From: Callorhinchus milii
Lineage: Eukaryota
Direction of reading: 5' to 3'
Length of the DNA: 64,000 nt
Assembly: GCF_018977255.1 (NCBI RefSeq)
Contig: NW_024704742.1
Location: forward strand, 103,418,001-103,482,000
In this document: piece after piece, positions 37,216-50,343 of the stretch
How the letters are laid out: each line of letters opens with the position of its first letter
Numbering within the stretch: the stretch's first letter is position 1
Made by a program: the position numbers and the translations under genes
Notes under the pieces: generated by a model
The model's input: only the letters and a program-made list of their open reading frames with translations
Told to the model about the DNA's origin: nothing
The model's database searches: none

Positions 37216-37753
37216 CTAAAGGCATCGTCAAACAATAACATAGTATCTTAATGAAACTAACTAATGTCTTCAAAGCCATAGAGTTGACAGTGCAGTAAGA
37301 AAGTATCTATGGCTTTGAAACATTGTAAATATCACTTTACACTGTGTTTATGTAGACTGAATACAGCTATGAATTAATTACCTTAAATTATATCATAAGT
37401 GCTTTAACATCACATGCTGTTTAAATAGACAACATTACAATTGTTTTTGATATTTTCAGAACCTTATTTGAAAGAATTTTACTTTAATGAAATGATTTCA
37501 TAGTATTAAATATTGAAGAACTAAGCCCAGATTAATGTACAGGCACTCCAAATAACAAAACAGTTCTTAATTCCATAAAAGCATTATTAATATAGAATCT
37601 GTTTGTGCCACACTAGAGGATATTAATTGTAATCAAACGGTTGTTAATTTGCTTTTAAAATTTCGAGTCAAGTTCTCCCAGTTCATTCGACATTCATACA
37701 GCTACTCAGCAATTTTTTTACCTTCCTCGTAATTAAACCAAGAAAGTGACTAG

Positions 37754-37795
37754 CTGACTGACTGATGAACTGACTGACTGACTAACTGACTGACA
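37754..37795. repeat. (GACT)n microsatellite
   Basis: gctgactgactgatgaactgactgactgactaactgactgac. Confidence 0.85.
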
Positions 37796-39329
37796 GCCAG
37801 GACTAAAATAAATGCTGAGGAGTCCATTGTGATTGACTTGGGTTAAACTTCACTCAAGGAGAAATGGCAGGTTTTCATTTTTACAGAGATTTGTACATGA
37901 AACAAAAAGTAACCAGTGTAGACAGGACATTAATCATTCTGAGAAAATAGCATTAGACAAGATTTTGGCGATGGAGGAATCAGCTCTCACCATACTTAAA
38001 AACTCTCACTGTGTCTTTTTTAAATATACATAGTGCTTTGCAATAAGAGGAAAATCGTCTTTTTAAGTGTGTAATTTCACAGTTTATCACTGCAAAATGT
38101 TCATTGTTTCTCCAGCTACCACAGTATTATTGAGCATTAAGCTACAAACATTAAAGAATTCTACTGCTACAAATATACAAAAAAAATCCCAAGTGAATTA
38201 TATTTCACATGGTATTATACTGTTATACTCTTAAAGGCATAAGTATCTAAATAAGTATGTTTGAAAACAAGTAAATAACAGAAATAAATTTAATACGGAG
38301 GCAAATTGTACTGGAACCTTCTACGATCCTAAGTACCATAAAGGAAGTGCATTTCCATATTTCTCTTCATTGCCATTTGCTACCAAGCTTTATACTTTAA
38401 ACAGCTGGCTATAGACACTGCAACAACAACAAGATTGCATTTATAGAGCGCCTTTCACGTCGGGAGGACGTCCCAAGTAGCTGCAGTACCTTTTTTTGGG
38501 TGAGTGGGGATGCCCCCACTCACCACCCTGGCTAAATTAAACCAAATCCCATTCCACTATCGGGGAAAGCGAGTTTTCCCCCAGGCAACTCAAACTCCCC
38601 AAAACCCAAATCTCGGCCCCCAACTCATCAGCTGTTATCAGTACGTTACCATACATTACACCTTGATGAGCAAGTCAGTCAGTCAGATTGTATCTCCAAC
38701 CGGGCAAGCCCGATCTGAGCTTATAGACCAAGAGCCAAGGTCGTCTGTATTCCAGTTTCTCCATTTCCTCATTTTGGGGTTAGGTCAAATTCCTCATGTA
38801 ACGTATAAGGTGGCTGGTATGTCACAAGTTCTCCTGTAAGTGTCTTCCCACCATGATGAAGGCAGATGTCCATCAGAAAGCTGAATAATATATTGAGGCT
38901 AACAACCACAGCTGCTGGAAGGTGTTACCTGGAATACAGGTTTGTGAACAAACCTTCAGATATTCAGAGTTTGGAACCCACCTTAATAGGCAGTACAAAT
39001 AGATCACTGGGGGCAGAGATTCTTCTCACTCAGTACATGTTAATCCTGGATGCCAAAGCCCTAATGGGTCAGAAGGGCGGTCTTGGATGGACAAGCAGCA
39101 GGCAGCTTGCTAGACAGTGTTTATTGTGCAATGTATAGTGTACAGGTAACATGCAAAGTATAACATATCTAGGAATGTATACTGTATCTTGCAATGCATA
39201 ATGTCTCCAAACAGAAGAAAGTGTGTAAATCTTGTAGAATGTGGAACTACCCAAACCCTGGAAGCATGGGTTTTGTCCTGCATGTTCAGCAGTCTTAGGG
39301 TTACACCTTGTGGTTCCACAGTTTTATTT

Positions 39330-39900
39330 GCTCAGCGGGGTGTCTGACACATGTGGACACCGTTCATCATGCTTAACTGTATCCAAACCAAGCTGAGAAT
39401 TCTATGCATCCCACCTATACATGGAAATCCCAGAGATAGATTGTTGGAACGGAATGCGCACTCTCTCCCTGGAGGGATGCATCTTGTTTACTTAATCCCA
39501 GAAAGTATTATGCACAGGTTGGTAAGAGCCAAGGCTTAGGGACCTCAGAGTGTGGAGTCTAACCAGCTAAAACCATAGCTTGCCATTGACATCACTGTCT
39601 GGCAAGCTTTCCTGCTGCTTGTCCAGCTAGGACCACCCTACCCATTCGGGCTTTGGTTTACAGGATTAACAGAAGTTGAGTGGGATGACTCATTGACCCC
39701 AGTGACTGGACTGCCTTTCCAGGTCCTGCCTATGAGCCAGGCTGGCTGTGCTGTCATCAGCAGTGCTCTGGAATATTGCAGACCCACTTGGCTCAGGAAC
39801 CGTATTACTGAGACCGCCACAGAGAGCTGGCTCGATTCTGATATTCCATTGCCAGGCATGTCACCTTGGAGCCAGTTCAGCTCCAAGGAGACCCCACTTA
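39330..39900 (-). mobile_element. Longest copy of the unidentified retroposon-like repeat
   Basis: Aligns with 13625-13965 (which has an internal deletion) and 17025-17280; an inverted fragment lies at 38980-39120. Confidence 0.75.
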
Positions 39901-41310
39901 CCACCCTCACCCCCCCTCCCCCCAAGAGGAGAGTCCGCAGAAACAGCCAGCTGGTATTCCTTCCCCATCACATCACTACATGAAACTTCATCAAAGCTGA
40001 CTTATGAACCTTGATGGCAGAAGCTTACACTGGGTGCTTTCCATTATAGACTCACACAAACAAGGTTCATAAATTCACAGCCCTTTGGAGAATCATTCCT
40101 CTATGATGTCAAATCAGGTACACGTTCTACACAAAATTCTGTAAACGCTGTAAAGTACTCTGAGATATCTCCATAATTGATAAGGCGCTATATCAAATAC
40201 AAGAATTGTATTGTTATTATAAAATACCTGCTGCTAGACTGTGTCTAACCAGTAACTTTTTTTTAAAAAAAAGAACACCATTTACTCGCTTCCTTATGTA
40301 GTGGAGCATTACCGCTTACATGACACATCACAGCCATGATACACCACAGGTTACATGATACATTAGAGATTAAATGATACATTACAGATAATATGATAAA
40401 ATAAATATGTGGTACTCGCAGGTACATTCAGGGAAGGTCTTACAGTTCTATCAAAAGTAATGCTACCCAGTGCACTGAACTATGTAAGAACCAGCAGTTT
40501 CAGAGAATGAAGCAAGATAACAAGCATGGCTCAGAGGTACCGATAGTGAGCAGATACCTCCTAAAATAGTGTTTAATGACATTTCAGTACAATACTTGCA
40601 AATGCTTACAATACGTTTCACCCACAAAATATACAGTGAATTCATTTTATAGTATATTCTGTGAAGAGCTTTGAGACGTCTCAAAGATGTGATAAGGTGC
40701 TACATTAAATGCTGGGATTATTATCAATAGATTCACATTATTATTAATACACATTCCAAGAACAAAAATATTGTTCATAACAAAAAATGTGGATCATTTG
40801 CAAGTTATCCTGATAATGAATTTATGTATGAAGTTTGAGAAATGTTTATTACAAAGCAAATCAAGAGAAGTGAGAGAATATTTATTTCCGTTTATTTTAC
40901 GTTAAACACGACCACATTTCAATTTGAATACATACACTGATTTTTCCCAACAAACAAAAAGATAGAATTATATTTCAAATAGAAAATACTTTGGGGTGTG
41001 TGTGAAAATTCTGACATGTGTTATGCTTATTATCACATAAATTTGGGTGAACAAGGCGAGTTACAAGGCTAGTTAGTGTGACCTCCCTGTTCTCCCCTCC
41101 TCCCAACACAATCCATCACAATGGTTAGATTCACAGTTGGCCCAACCCAGTGTTGGAATTACTGGTCCACAGTTATTATTTGGTATACAGCATTGGGGTA
41201 TTGGTTAGTGTTCAACTAATAAAAAAGGAGTTATGCCGATACCCATACAACAGTGCTCTAAAACAGGCTAGAAAGTCCAATGGTCATCATGGGAATTCCT
41301 CTGGACCGCT

Positions 41311-41509
41311 TAATCCTTGCATTTGATATAGCGCTTTTCATGTCGGGAGGACGTCCCAAAGCGCTTCACTGAACACACTGTAAAGTGAATTGACTGTATA
41401 TTTGTGGGCGAACGCGGCAGCCAATTGCGCACAGCAATGTCCCACAAACAGTCGTAGATTGAAAATGACCAATTTTATTATTGTTTTGGGTTTTGGAGGC
41501 ATTATTATT
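41311..41509 (-). mobile_element. tRNA-derived SINE, 3' two-thirds
   Basis: Near-identical to the young short-form copies. Confidence 0.9.
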
Positions 41510-42179
41510 GTACTGTAAAGAGGCTACACAAATGTAATTTTGTATTGTACTGGTTAGGCAATGTAACAGGTGTACCACACATAAAGGAACCATTTTAACA
41601 GTCAATAATGAAGCATTAAATAATGACTCAAGTATGCTGAAACAAATGAGTTAACAAAAGCATGCTGAAGACCATTCTAAGTTGTACCGTTAAATGTTTC
41701 TGAAGTGGGAAACTGAGTGCTTATTTGTTCCAATCGGTTCAATGTGGAAACAAAATGTCAAACACTTGTTATTCCAGTAATTATTTTGATTTGTAATCTG
41801 AGTAACTAAATCCAAACACTCATTAACTACTCACCAAACTCTGTATCTATCAACCTCCCTACGTGTGGGTGTGTGGGGGAAAGAGACTGAATATTGATCA
41901 TTCTCCAATCCTTAAATTGCTGGGCATTGCCTTTACTGTCTTTGGGGTCCTATTTGTTCAACCCTCTTAGGGTTAAAGAACTTTCCCTTTATAACTTTGA
42001 GCACTTAGAAGTCACAATATACGTTTATATTGACACACAAAATGCATTTTCTTAGTTTAGTTGTTTGTCTGGTTAGTATTTTATTATAGGCTAAGGAAAG
42101 GATCGAATAACCTCCAGAAGGACATAGTCAGCTGTATGTCATTAAATCAGTTATATAAAGTGCAGGAATGTAGTATATG

Positions 42180-42725
42180 TAGGAACAGAGAAATACGAGG
42201 CCATTGCTCCATCGAGTTGCCTGCCCTGACATTTTATTAGCTTGTGGCAATTCTTTACCTTTCTAATCCCATTTCTCTACCTTTTTTCCATATCCCTTAA
42301 AAAGCTACCAGAGTGTTAGCTGTCAGCATGGTTCAGTTGGTAGCATTTTCTTCTCTGGCTAAGAAGGTTGTGGGTTCAAGCTCCACTCGTAGTCTTGAAT
42401 GACATTCTAGTGCAATATTGGAGAGAATAGAATGCTGCAATATCAGAGATGCCAGCCTTTCGATTAAGTATTAAACACCTGCTTGTCCAGATATTATTAA
42501 TCTATGTTTAAATAAATTCCTGACGATATTCAAAAAGAAAATAGGTTTTGGTATAGATGCTATATCAAATGCAAGGATTATTTCAAATCTTACTTCTGAG
42601 GTAATGATCTATCTACCTTTTAAACATCTCAATGGATTCTGGAATTACGGTCTTTAGGGCCAGTGCATTGCACATTCTCACATCCCTTTGTGTGAAGAAG
42701 TGTTTTGTGGTTTCACTTTTAACTC
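42180..42725. mobile_element. CR1 3' fragment (minus) interrupted by a Deu-type SINE (plus, about 42321-42582)
   Basis: SINE head tgtcagcatggttcagttggtagca...aaggttgtgggttcaag with CR1-like flanks. Confidence 0.5.
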
Positions 42726-44849
42726 TTAACGTGTGAAAACAGAAATGTACTACACAGATGTTTCTGACTGTCCATGTTTATGAATGCAACACCTACAAGC
42801 TAATGAAAGTACTGGAACCTGATAAATTATCAATCGCAAATACTGTAGCTAACATCTGCTGTGTGAAGACTGCAAACAAAAGGAATCAAATTAGTACATT
42901 AAGTAGCAGTAACTTTCAAATAGAACAATTCTTGATAACTGTGCTTCAAATCCAGGACAATTAACAAATATTCTTTAGAGTAAGCCTTTCTGCTAATCTT
43001 CCCTTCTTTTAGGACATTTGACAGTGCAACAGCACTTTCCAGGGCAGTAGGAATAAATAACAATAACTTGTATTTATATAGCGCCCCTCACACAGGGCAA
43101 CATCCCAGAATGCTTTAATTAAGTGATAATAAGTGTTTAGTGAAAAATTACAAGGTTGAAACAATATTTTAACTGTAAAATCTACTTCATAAATCATGTA
43201 GTATATAATTTCAACCCTTTTTTATTGTCGATATTTAAGTAGTTACTTCTTGCCCTCATTTGGTGTACATACAAACATCTATGAACTTACATCTATTTTT
43301 ATACTGGCAACTTCCAATTGTTCAGCCCCCTCCCTTTAACAGAAAAGTGAATTTAAGATCTATTTGCTGGGGCATACAATTCAGCCTGATCAATGAGACT
43401 TATCTATAGAAAGGGTTTGAACCCATAGCTGATTCTGAGGCATGCAAAACCTCTCAATATAAACTGGCAGGTGGGCTCCTCGATTCCCCCTGCTCCCACT
43501 AAATCCTCGAAGTAAAAATTAAGAAAATAAATCTGCCTACGCTTTCACCACTCCTGGTCCCAGTTGGTCCTCCCACGCAACAGTTTCTCCTTCGGCAATC
43601 TGTTCTGCTGTTTCTGCTAATAAGTGAGCTAAGCTTGAAATTCAAGTGAAGCACACACAGAGCAAATCTGTGCATATCTAGCTGTGCTTATATACAGTAT
43701 ATATAACTCCTGATAACTCGTCCCTGGCTTAACTTGTCACTACCAATTAAGTCATCACTGTCAATATCCCGGCTGAATTTATTTATATATTTTTACACAT
43801 GCCTAATTCGCCATTCCGGATCACTTGTCCCTGAGCCTTTTACCCATGGAGTGATAAATTGTCAGGAGTTTACTGTGTATATAATATACACTTCTTTGTT
43901 CATTTTATTGGATTCAGGTGGCAGCGAGTTGAGCTGATACATATGGGAATCCCCACAGGAGCAGCACAAGAGAACTGGAGCATTGGGAGCACAAGTGGAT
44001 TTTGTTGTATTCCTCCCAATCGAACCAGCAGCCTTATACAGGGTGACCAAAAATCGTGATACCATTACAATTATAATAAGTTTGAAAGAAATTATCATAG
44101 TTTTGTTTTTCTTTAAATAGTAGGTTAGCTTCACGAATTTTTGGTCATCCTGCAGTATCAGGAGAGAGAGGAGTCTGCAAATCGCAACATGAACCAATGG
44201 CAACCATACAGTCTGAGCATAATCACTGCTAAATTTTATGGTAGGGAATTCTTGGGAAGTCAGTGAAGTAGATTTAACAAGGGCAGCAAAACATAACTTA
44301 AGATGACATTTATTGGTGTTTCTCAATAACAACTTGCAGTTATATAACGCCCTTCATGCCGGACGGCTCTTCTTTACTTTAAAAATGAGTATAAATTACG
44401 TTAATATTCAAGACTTTAGTTTTCCAATTATCTCCTGATAGAGAATGTTCTTGAATTGTAAAGAAACAATAATGAAAGTATATGGTGCTCACATTTTCAT
44501 TCACATTAATTCTCGCACACAATCTGGATACATTTGTTTTCCAGAATATTTCAAGCAATCTCATGTGCTTTTGCTACAGAACAAAACAATCTTGAAGTTT
44601 TTTTGTATCAAGCTGTTTAACTAATTTTCTTCTTCATATCCTCCCAAGATTGCATTTTGTAATTATAAGTTACTGTTGTTCTTGAATCTAGATAAACCAA
44701 GGGGCTCTTGAGGGAACTCAGAAGGAACCCAATGTAGGAATATTATATAATGGAACAAAGAAGCATAAGAGGAGGCCATTCAGCTCATCATGTCTGTTCT
44801 GGTGCCAGCTCCTCCACTGAAACTATCTACCTTCTGATTTTCTACTCTT

Positions 44850-45140
44850 TGAACAACAACAATTTACACTTAAGTAACATTTTCCCATTCCGAGCGCATC
44901 TTAGAATGCTTCACAGAGCTCACTGGGAGCCCGGCTGAGCTGGGGTTGTGAGAGCTCTTAAGGTGGACTTTAAGGTTGGGAAGGAGGGCATGCGGTGGAG
45001 AGACTTTGAGAAGGACAGAATGGCTCGAAAACTTGCCAACCGATGGTGCAGACGTGAAGCAGTCTAGTGTCAGCTTAGGAGGGAGCAGCCAGAATGGTAG
45101 AGTTGCAGGTTGCACAGGTAGGGTGAGGTGAGTCCTGGAG
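44850..45140 (-). mobile_element. Degraded L2 3' fragment
   Basis: (aac)n tail; aaggtggactttaagg and ccaaccgatggtg landmarks. Confidence 0.55.
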
Positions 45141-47066
45141 GAATCTGAATGGAAAGAGGGTTTTCCCGTATCCTTTGACCATTTTTTGAAATTATTCAGT
45201 AATTCCCTTTTAAATGATGTTATGGAATTGGCTTTGACAGGCATTTGTTTTGAGGCGCTGCAATCTGATAAAACAACCCTCTGTGTAAAAATCCTCCCCC
45301 TGTTTCCCTCTGAATTTATGCCCTATTGCTGCTGACTCACCAATCAGTTGAAAACGAAATAGTCTTTCTTTACATAACATATTAAAATCAATTATAATTC
45401 TGAAAATCTCAGTCAGATTTCCCTTTAAGCCTCACTGTTCCAGTGAAAACAATCTCAATGCTGTAAGTTTCTTGTAGCAGTTTCTCAGTGCAAAGACCTA
45501 TTCTGCCTTCTCCCACCTCCGAAAAAAACTCAATGCTATAAGTTTCTTATATAAGTTTATACGTGCTATGACACTTGCTGCTTCCCCACCACTGCAACAT
45601 CGCCCGACTCCGCCACTGCCTCTCCCCTGCCGAGACCCTCATCCATGCATTTGTTACATCTAGGCTCGTCTACGCCAACTTCCTGCTTGTCTAAATGGGT
45701 AATCCAGATAGCTTCAGTGAGACAACTAGTACTGGAAGTGGCTTCAATGAGGAGACTTGTACACAAGTGCTGTTAAGAGTGGCTGTAGAATACCATTTTA
45801 ATTCCAATGCTGATCGTATGCATTGTAAAACATCTTAATTCAGGAGCAAATTTCATGCATAAATACTCAAGATAAAGCAATGTTTTAATTGTCTCATAAA
45901 TATCAAGTGTAATAATTCTGAATTAATGTAATGCATATTTAATGGGATTGAAAAAGTGCTTATTGGGAATACAGAAAAGTAAGTGGTGCCTCAGGACATA
46001 AAGTGCATCTCCCCTTGGGAAACCCAGCATAAGTTGCCCTCAGTTCCACACAAGATCTTGTCAGAGGTGGGTCTTTGGGAGTCAGTTGGCAAACATAGGG
46101 TTCCCTGGAAGAGATGTACTTTACATCATAAAAAGCTGGGAAGAGAGGAGATGCCCCAGCAATGTCCCAGAAATCGCAAATAAATGAATGACCCCAAGTA
46201 TCAAGAATTTTGAAGGAGAAAGGGATTTTGTTTTTTTATTTCAGTTACAACAATGATTAATTGTAAAACCAATTTAAAAATGGTCATTCACTTCACAACT
46301 GTTTGTGGGACATTGGCTGTTTGTTTGCCTACAAAATTTCAGTCACTACATATTAGTCTCTCCTATGAAGCACTTCAAGACATCCTTTAGACATGACAGG
46401 TTCAAGGGTTATAACAAATGCAAGGGTTATGTTATTATATTTAATACTGTAACAGTGCAATACTTTCCTGCTTTTTTAAATGTGCATCATAAATTTTTAG
46501 AACTAAAATGGATCAATAAAAATAAACCATTAATTCCTCAAGAGTACCATTACCCTCAGTGAAACCAAACTGTATTTTAACAGATGTGATGAAACTAAGG
46601 GATAATATTTCTCTGAACAAAGTGCTGGAACTTTCACCATATTATTTGCACTATTTAAGCTGTCATGTAAGATCCTCACCTTACCAAAACACAAAATTAG
46701 ATCACTCAAGCAAGGCAAAGCTTTGATGGACAAAGAACATACAATGTGCTTATAGAAACTTTCATGCAAACCTGTCAAGCATTTAGGAACTGCTACATTA
46801 AAACAAGATTTTATTACCAGATTTCTAGCAAAGCTTATGTTACATTTCACATGGTTGTTTTTACAAGCACTCCGAGATGTTACCCTACATGAAGCACAAC
46901 ATAACTACAAGTTGTTTTTGTTTGTTGGATATTGCTGTGTGCAAATTTAATGTGCAAAATACACATTCACTACAGTTATTACAGTAAAATTCTATGAAGC
47001 ACTTGATATGTCTCAATGACATGATAAAGCACTACATCAAATGCAAGAAATATTATTATAGGAGGT

Positions 47067-47413
47067 GAGTCCTGTAGCTCAGTGGTTAGAGCGCTTGCCT
47101 CGCAAGCGAGAGACCTGAGTTCGATTCCCGGCACACTTTACTCCACACTCCTCTGTTTACCTAGTAGTAAGTAGGAACCTAGTTTTGGTCGATTGCCGGA
47201 TCGCTTTTCCGGGGGTCATAATGCCTTAAAAAAAAATGGGCACTCAATCCATGACTGGTTATGGGATACTACTGTGTGCAATTGGCTGACACATTTCACC
47301 CACAAAATATACAGTCAATTCACTTTACAATATATTCTGTGAAGCGCTTTGAGACGTCACGAATATGCGGTATGGCATTATATCAAATGCAAGGATTATT
47401 ATTATTATTATTA
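47067..47413 (+). mobile_element. tRNA-derived SINE, long form
   Basis: A and B boxes, central ctctgtttacctagtagtaagtaggaacc, (att)n tail. Confidence 0.9.
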
Positions 47414-47879
47414 GCATTATTATGTTTGACATACAAAATAAGCTGCCTGATTGTGTTTTTACAATCCATTGCAAAGCTAAATGTTAGCTTTCTATTGTAT
47501 CTTATCGTTAACATTTTATTTGGTTTACTGGCATATTTTAATTACAAAAATTCTGAAGGGAATTCGCTCCAGCAAGAATCTGTTTAAAAATTCTCTTTAT
47601 TAACGCCATAATTATATTTATTTCATACATTTTTTCGCTTTATTGTTAAAAACTAAACATGAGGAAATAACACATATTAAATTGTTGCAATTTTTAAAAT
47701 TAATTTCTTCTTTAACAAAACTGTGTGGCCCATTTTGGGGTGGTGATGGGGGCGCGGCGGGACACCAGTGCAGGCTGTAGGGGCCTGGAGATCCACCAAA
47801 AAACAGACACTCGGAACCAGTGTCCTGACTCCGGGGCTATAGGAGCTCACCACCTCCTGCCTCTAAAGGGCCCAGCATT

Positions 47880-48230
47880 GCACACAGACACAGAGACAAA
47901 GACCCAGAGAGAAACACACAGACACAGAGAGACACACATTCTCAGAGAAACAGACACACACACACACACTCATAGATGCAAAGAGACATAACACACACAC
48001 ACGCAGAGGAGAGAGAGCCAAACCCACACACATATTGAAGAAACAGACACACTCACAAACACATACATATACATACACGCATGCAAGCATGCACGCGTGT
48101 GCGCGCACACACACACATACATAGAGAGGAGAGACAGACACACCCATACAGAGACATTTACAAACACACACATACAGAGGAGAAAGACACACTCACAAAC
48201 ACAGAGGGAGAGAGCCACACACAGACACTG
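47880..48230. repeat. Compound (CA)/(GA) low-complexity microsatellite
   Basis: About 350 nt of interspersed acac/agag runs. Confidence 0.9.
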
Positions 48231-48439
48231 GGCATGCACATCTGGAGCGGTGCCGCGCACAGTAATGTCGGATAAACAGCGCAAGAGGCTTGGGAGCAGA
48301 AACTAGATTTTTTAGTGATTTAATAGTGGAGGGCGGATATAAGCAGATTCCGAGGAAAGATTGTGGCTGCACTTATCTATTGGCACAGGCAATGACTAGA
48401 TACCTGTAACTTTGGTGTCATGTCAGTTATAAAATACAT

Positions 48440-48693
48440 TGGATCCTCAAAAACCTTCCCTGGACCCATCCCTTCTCTCAAATTACTGTTCCACCTACAA
48501 CCTCCCCCCTTTCCTTTCCAAGGTCCTTGAACAAGTTGTTGCTTCACTCCTTCCTCTCCTCACAAAACCTCCAATCGGATTTCCGCCCACAGCACAGAAA
48601 CAACTTTGGTCAAAGTCACTAATGATATTCTATCTCCTCATCCTCCTTGATCACTCTATCCTCCTTCACCGCCTCTCTCACCTCAACCTTCAT
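48440..48693 (+). mobile_element. Degraded L2 RT fragment
   Basis: KPSLDPSLLSNY...FLSKVLEQVVAS. Confidence 0.75.
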
Positions 48694-48694
48694 T

Positions 48695-49025
48695 GGAGTC
48701 CTGTAGCTCAGTGGTTAGAGCACTCGCTTTGCAAGCGAGAGACCTGAGTTCAATTCCAGGCAGAGGGCGAAACCTTGGGCAAGTTTCCTTACTCCACACA
48801 GAGCCTAATAATAATCCCTCCAAAACCAAAAAAAAAATAATAAATTGGTCATTTTCAATCTACGACTGTTTGTGGGACATTGCTGTGCGCAATTGGCTGC
48901 CGCGTTCGCCCACAAATATACAGTCAATTCATTTTACAGTGTGTGCTGTGAAGCGCTTTGGGACGTCCTCCTGACGTGAAAAGCGCTATATCAAATGCAA
49001 GGATTATTATTATTATTATTATTAT
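48695..49025 (+). mobile_element. tRNA-derived SINE, short form, full length
   Basis: Head has a tRNA-Ala-like anticodon arm (ctttgcaag), A and B boxes, (att)n tail. Confidence 0.93.
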
Positions 49026-49959
49026 AAACATCTCTCAATTGCCCTAGTTCTTTCACTGAAATTTACAAATTATTATACGCTATTATAATCAGACACTTAA
49101 AGTCAAGTAAACTAAATACATATTTCAATTACTAAAAATCCAAAAAAATTTGTTCTCGAAATAATGAATTGTTTTGCATGTACAGACATATACAGATGTG
49201 CATGGACCCACACTGCACAGCAATGCAAATACTGTTAGCTTTAAAACTATTGTAATTAGTAGCCTTTAAAACTACATATTACAATGTAACATTTAGAGTT
49301 CTTGGTACATATTACATTGTAATATTGTATGAAGCAATGTAAACAGAAGAGACTGGGTGCTTATACAATATATCGGGATACTTTAGCTGGACTATACAGC
49401 ATTTTATTGCCAGATTTCTGACACATACAGAAACCCATGCACAATATTCTACTCAATCTAACACAAACATAGATATATAATTTTGAATTAACGAACTTAT
49501 ATGTGTATTCTGTGTCTCACACTTTTTGAAGAAAGGCCTCACATTTTTACAGCACCTTATTGTACCAAAATGTCTGAAAGTGTTTCACAAATGGCAGGGA
49601 TTCTTCCCCCTCGACTTCTATTAACCTTGGAAGTCAAACTCTAACAGATAGGGTGGTCCCAGTTGGACAATCAGCAGAAAGCTTGTGTTTGATGGCAAGC
49701 TACAGGGTTTTACCTGCAGTGTGGAAGCAGGGAGAGAGAGAGAGACTAAGAGAGAACGTGAGTATTGCAAAAGCTTGAGCCTGAGAAGCCGACATGAAAG
49801 ACTGAAATCAGCCTACAGACTACATAGAACTGGTAGTATAACAATTTACCTCTTTTGCTATATACTCATAAACTGTTTGTGAATAATAAACCATTGTACC
49901 TTTATTAAGGATTGTTGAGTCATTATTTCGGATCCTCGGATCGATATATCCCAACAAAT

Positions 49960-49979
49960 TAGTGACCACGAATGGACTC
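49960..49979 (+). promoter_or_regulatory. Degenerate primer binding site, tRNA-Arg(UCG)-like
   Basis: TAGTGACCACGAATGGACTC matches TGGCGACCACGAAGGGACTC (complement of the tRNA-Arg 3' end as recalled) at 17/20; starts 3 nt after the LTR. Confidence 0.7.
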
Positions 49980-50343
49980 AACAAATAATGGTTTATTGTT
50001 TATAAATGGTTCGGATGGAAATTAATCTGCACCACACATAAGAAAGGGAACCGTCTGCTTTGGATCTGTTATCTTGTTCATAATTGGATAAAAGTAAAGG
50101 GTCATGGCTTAGTGTTACAGTTTATGTAAACGGGGAATACGTGTTCCTAGAGGCCTGACAGGGTAACCGGGACGAGACACCAGGCAGGGACTGGAACGAC
50201 GAGTACGTGTTCCTAGGGGCCTGGCAGGGTAGTCCGGACAGGAAATTACCCACTTTTGCGAGTAAAAGAGAACAGGCAGGGACTGGAACGACAGGTTAAT
50301 TCCTGGCAGGAGAACATAAGACCAAGGTTATGTCAGTTATAAA

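Noticed and set aside
47863..48306. Cys/Val- and His/Thr-rich ORFs
   Set aside because: Artefacts of the CA/GA microsatellite.
48695..48770. tRNA-Ala-like genes at SINE heads (also 9906, 11177, 18671, 47067)
   Set aside because: No proper acceptor stem, and each runs directly into the SINE body.
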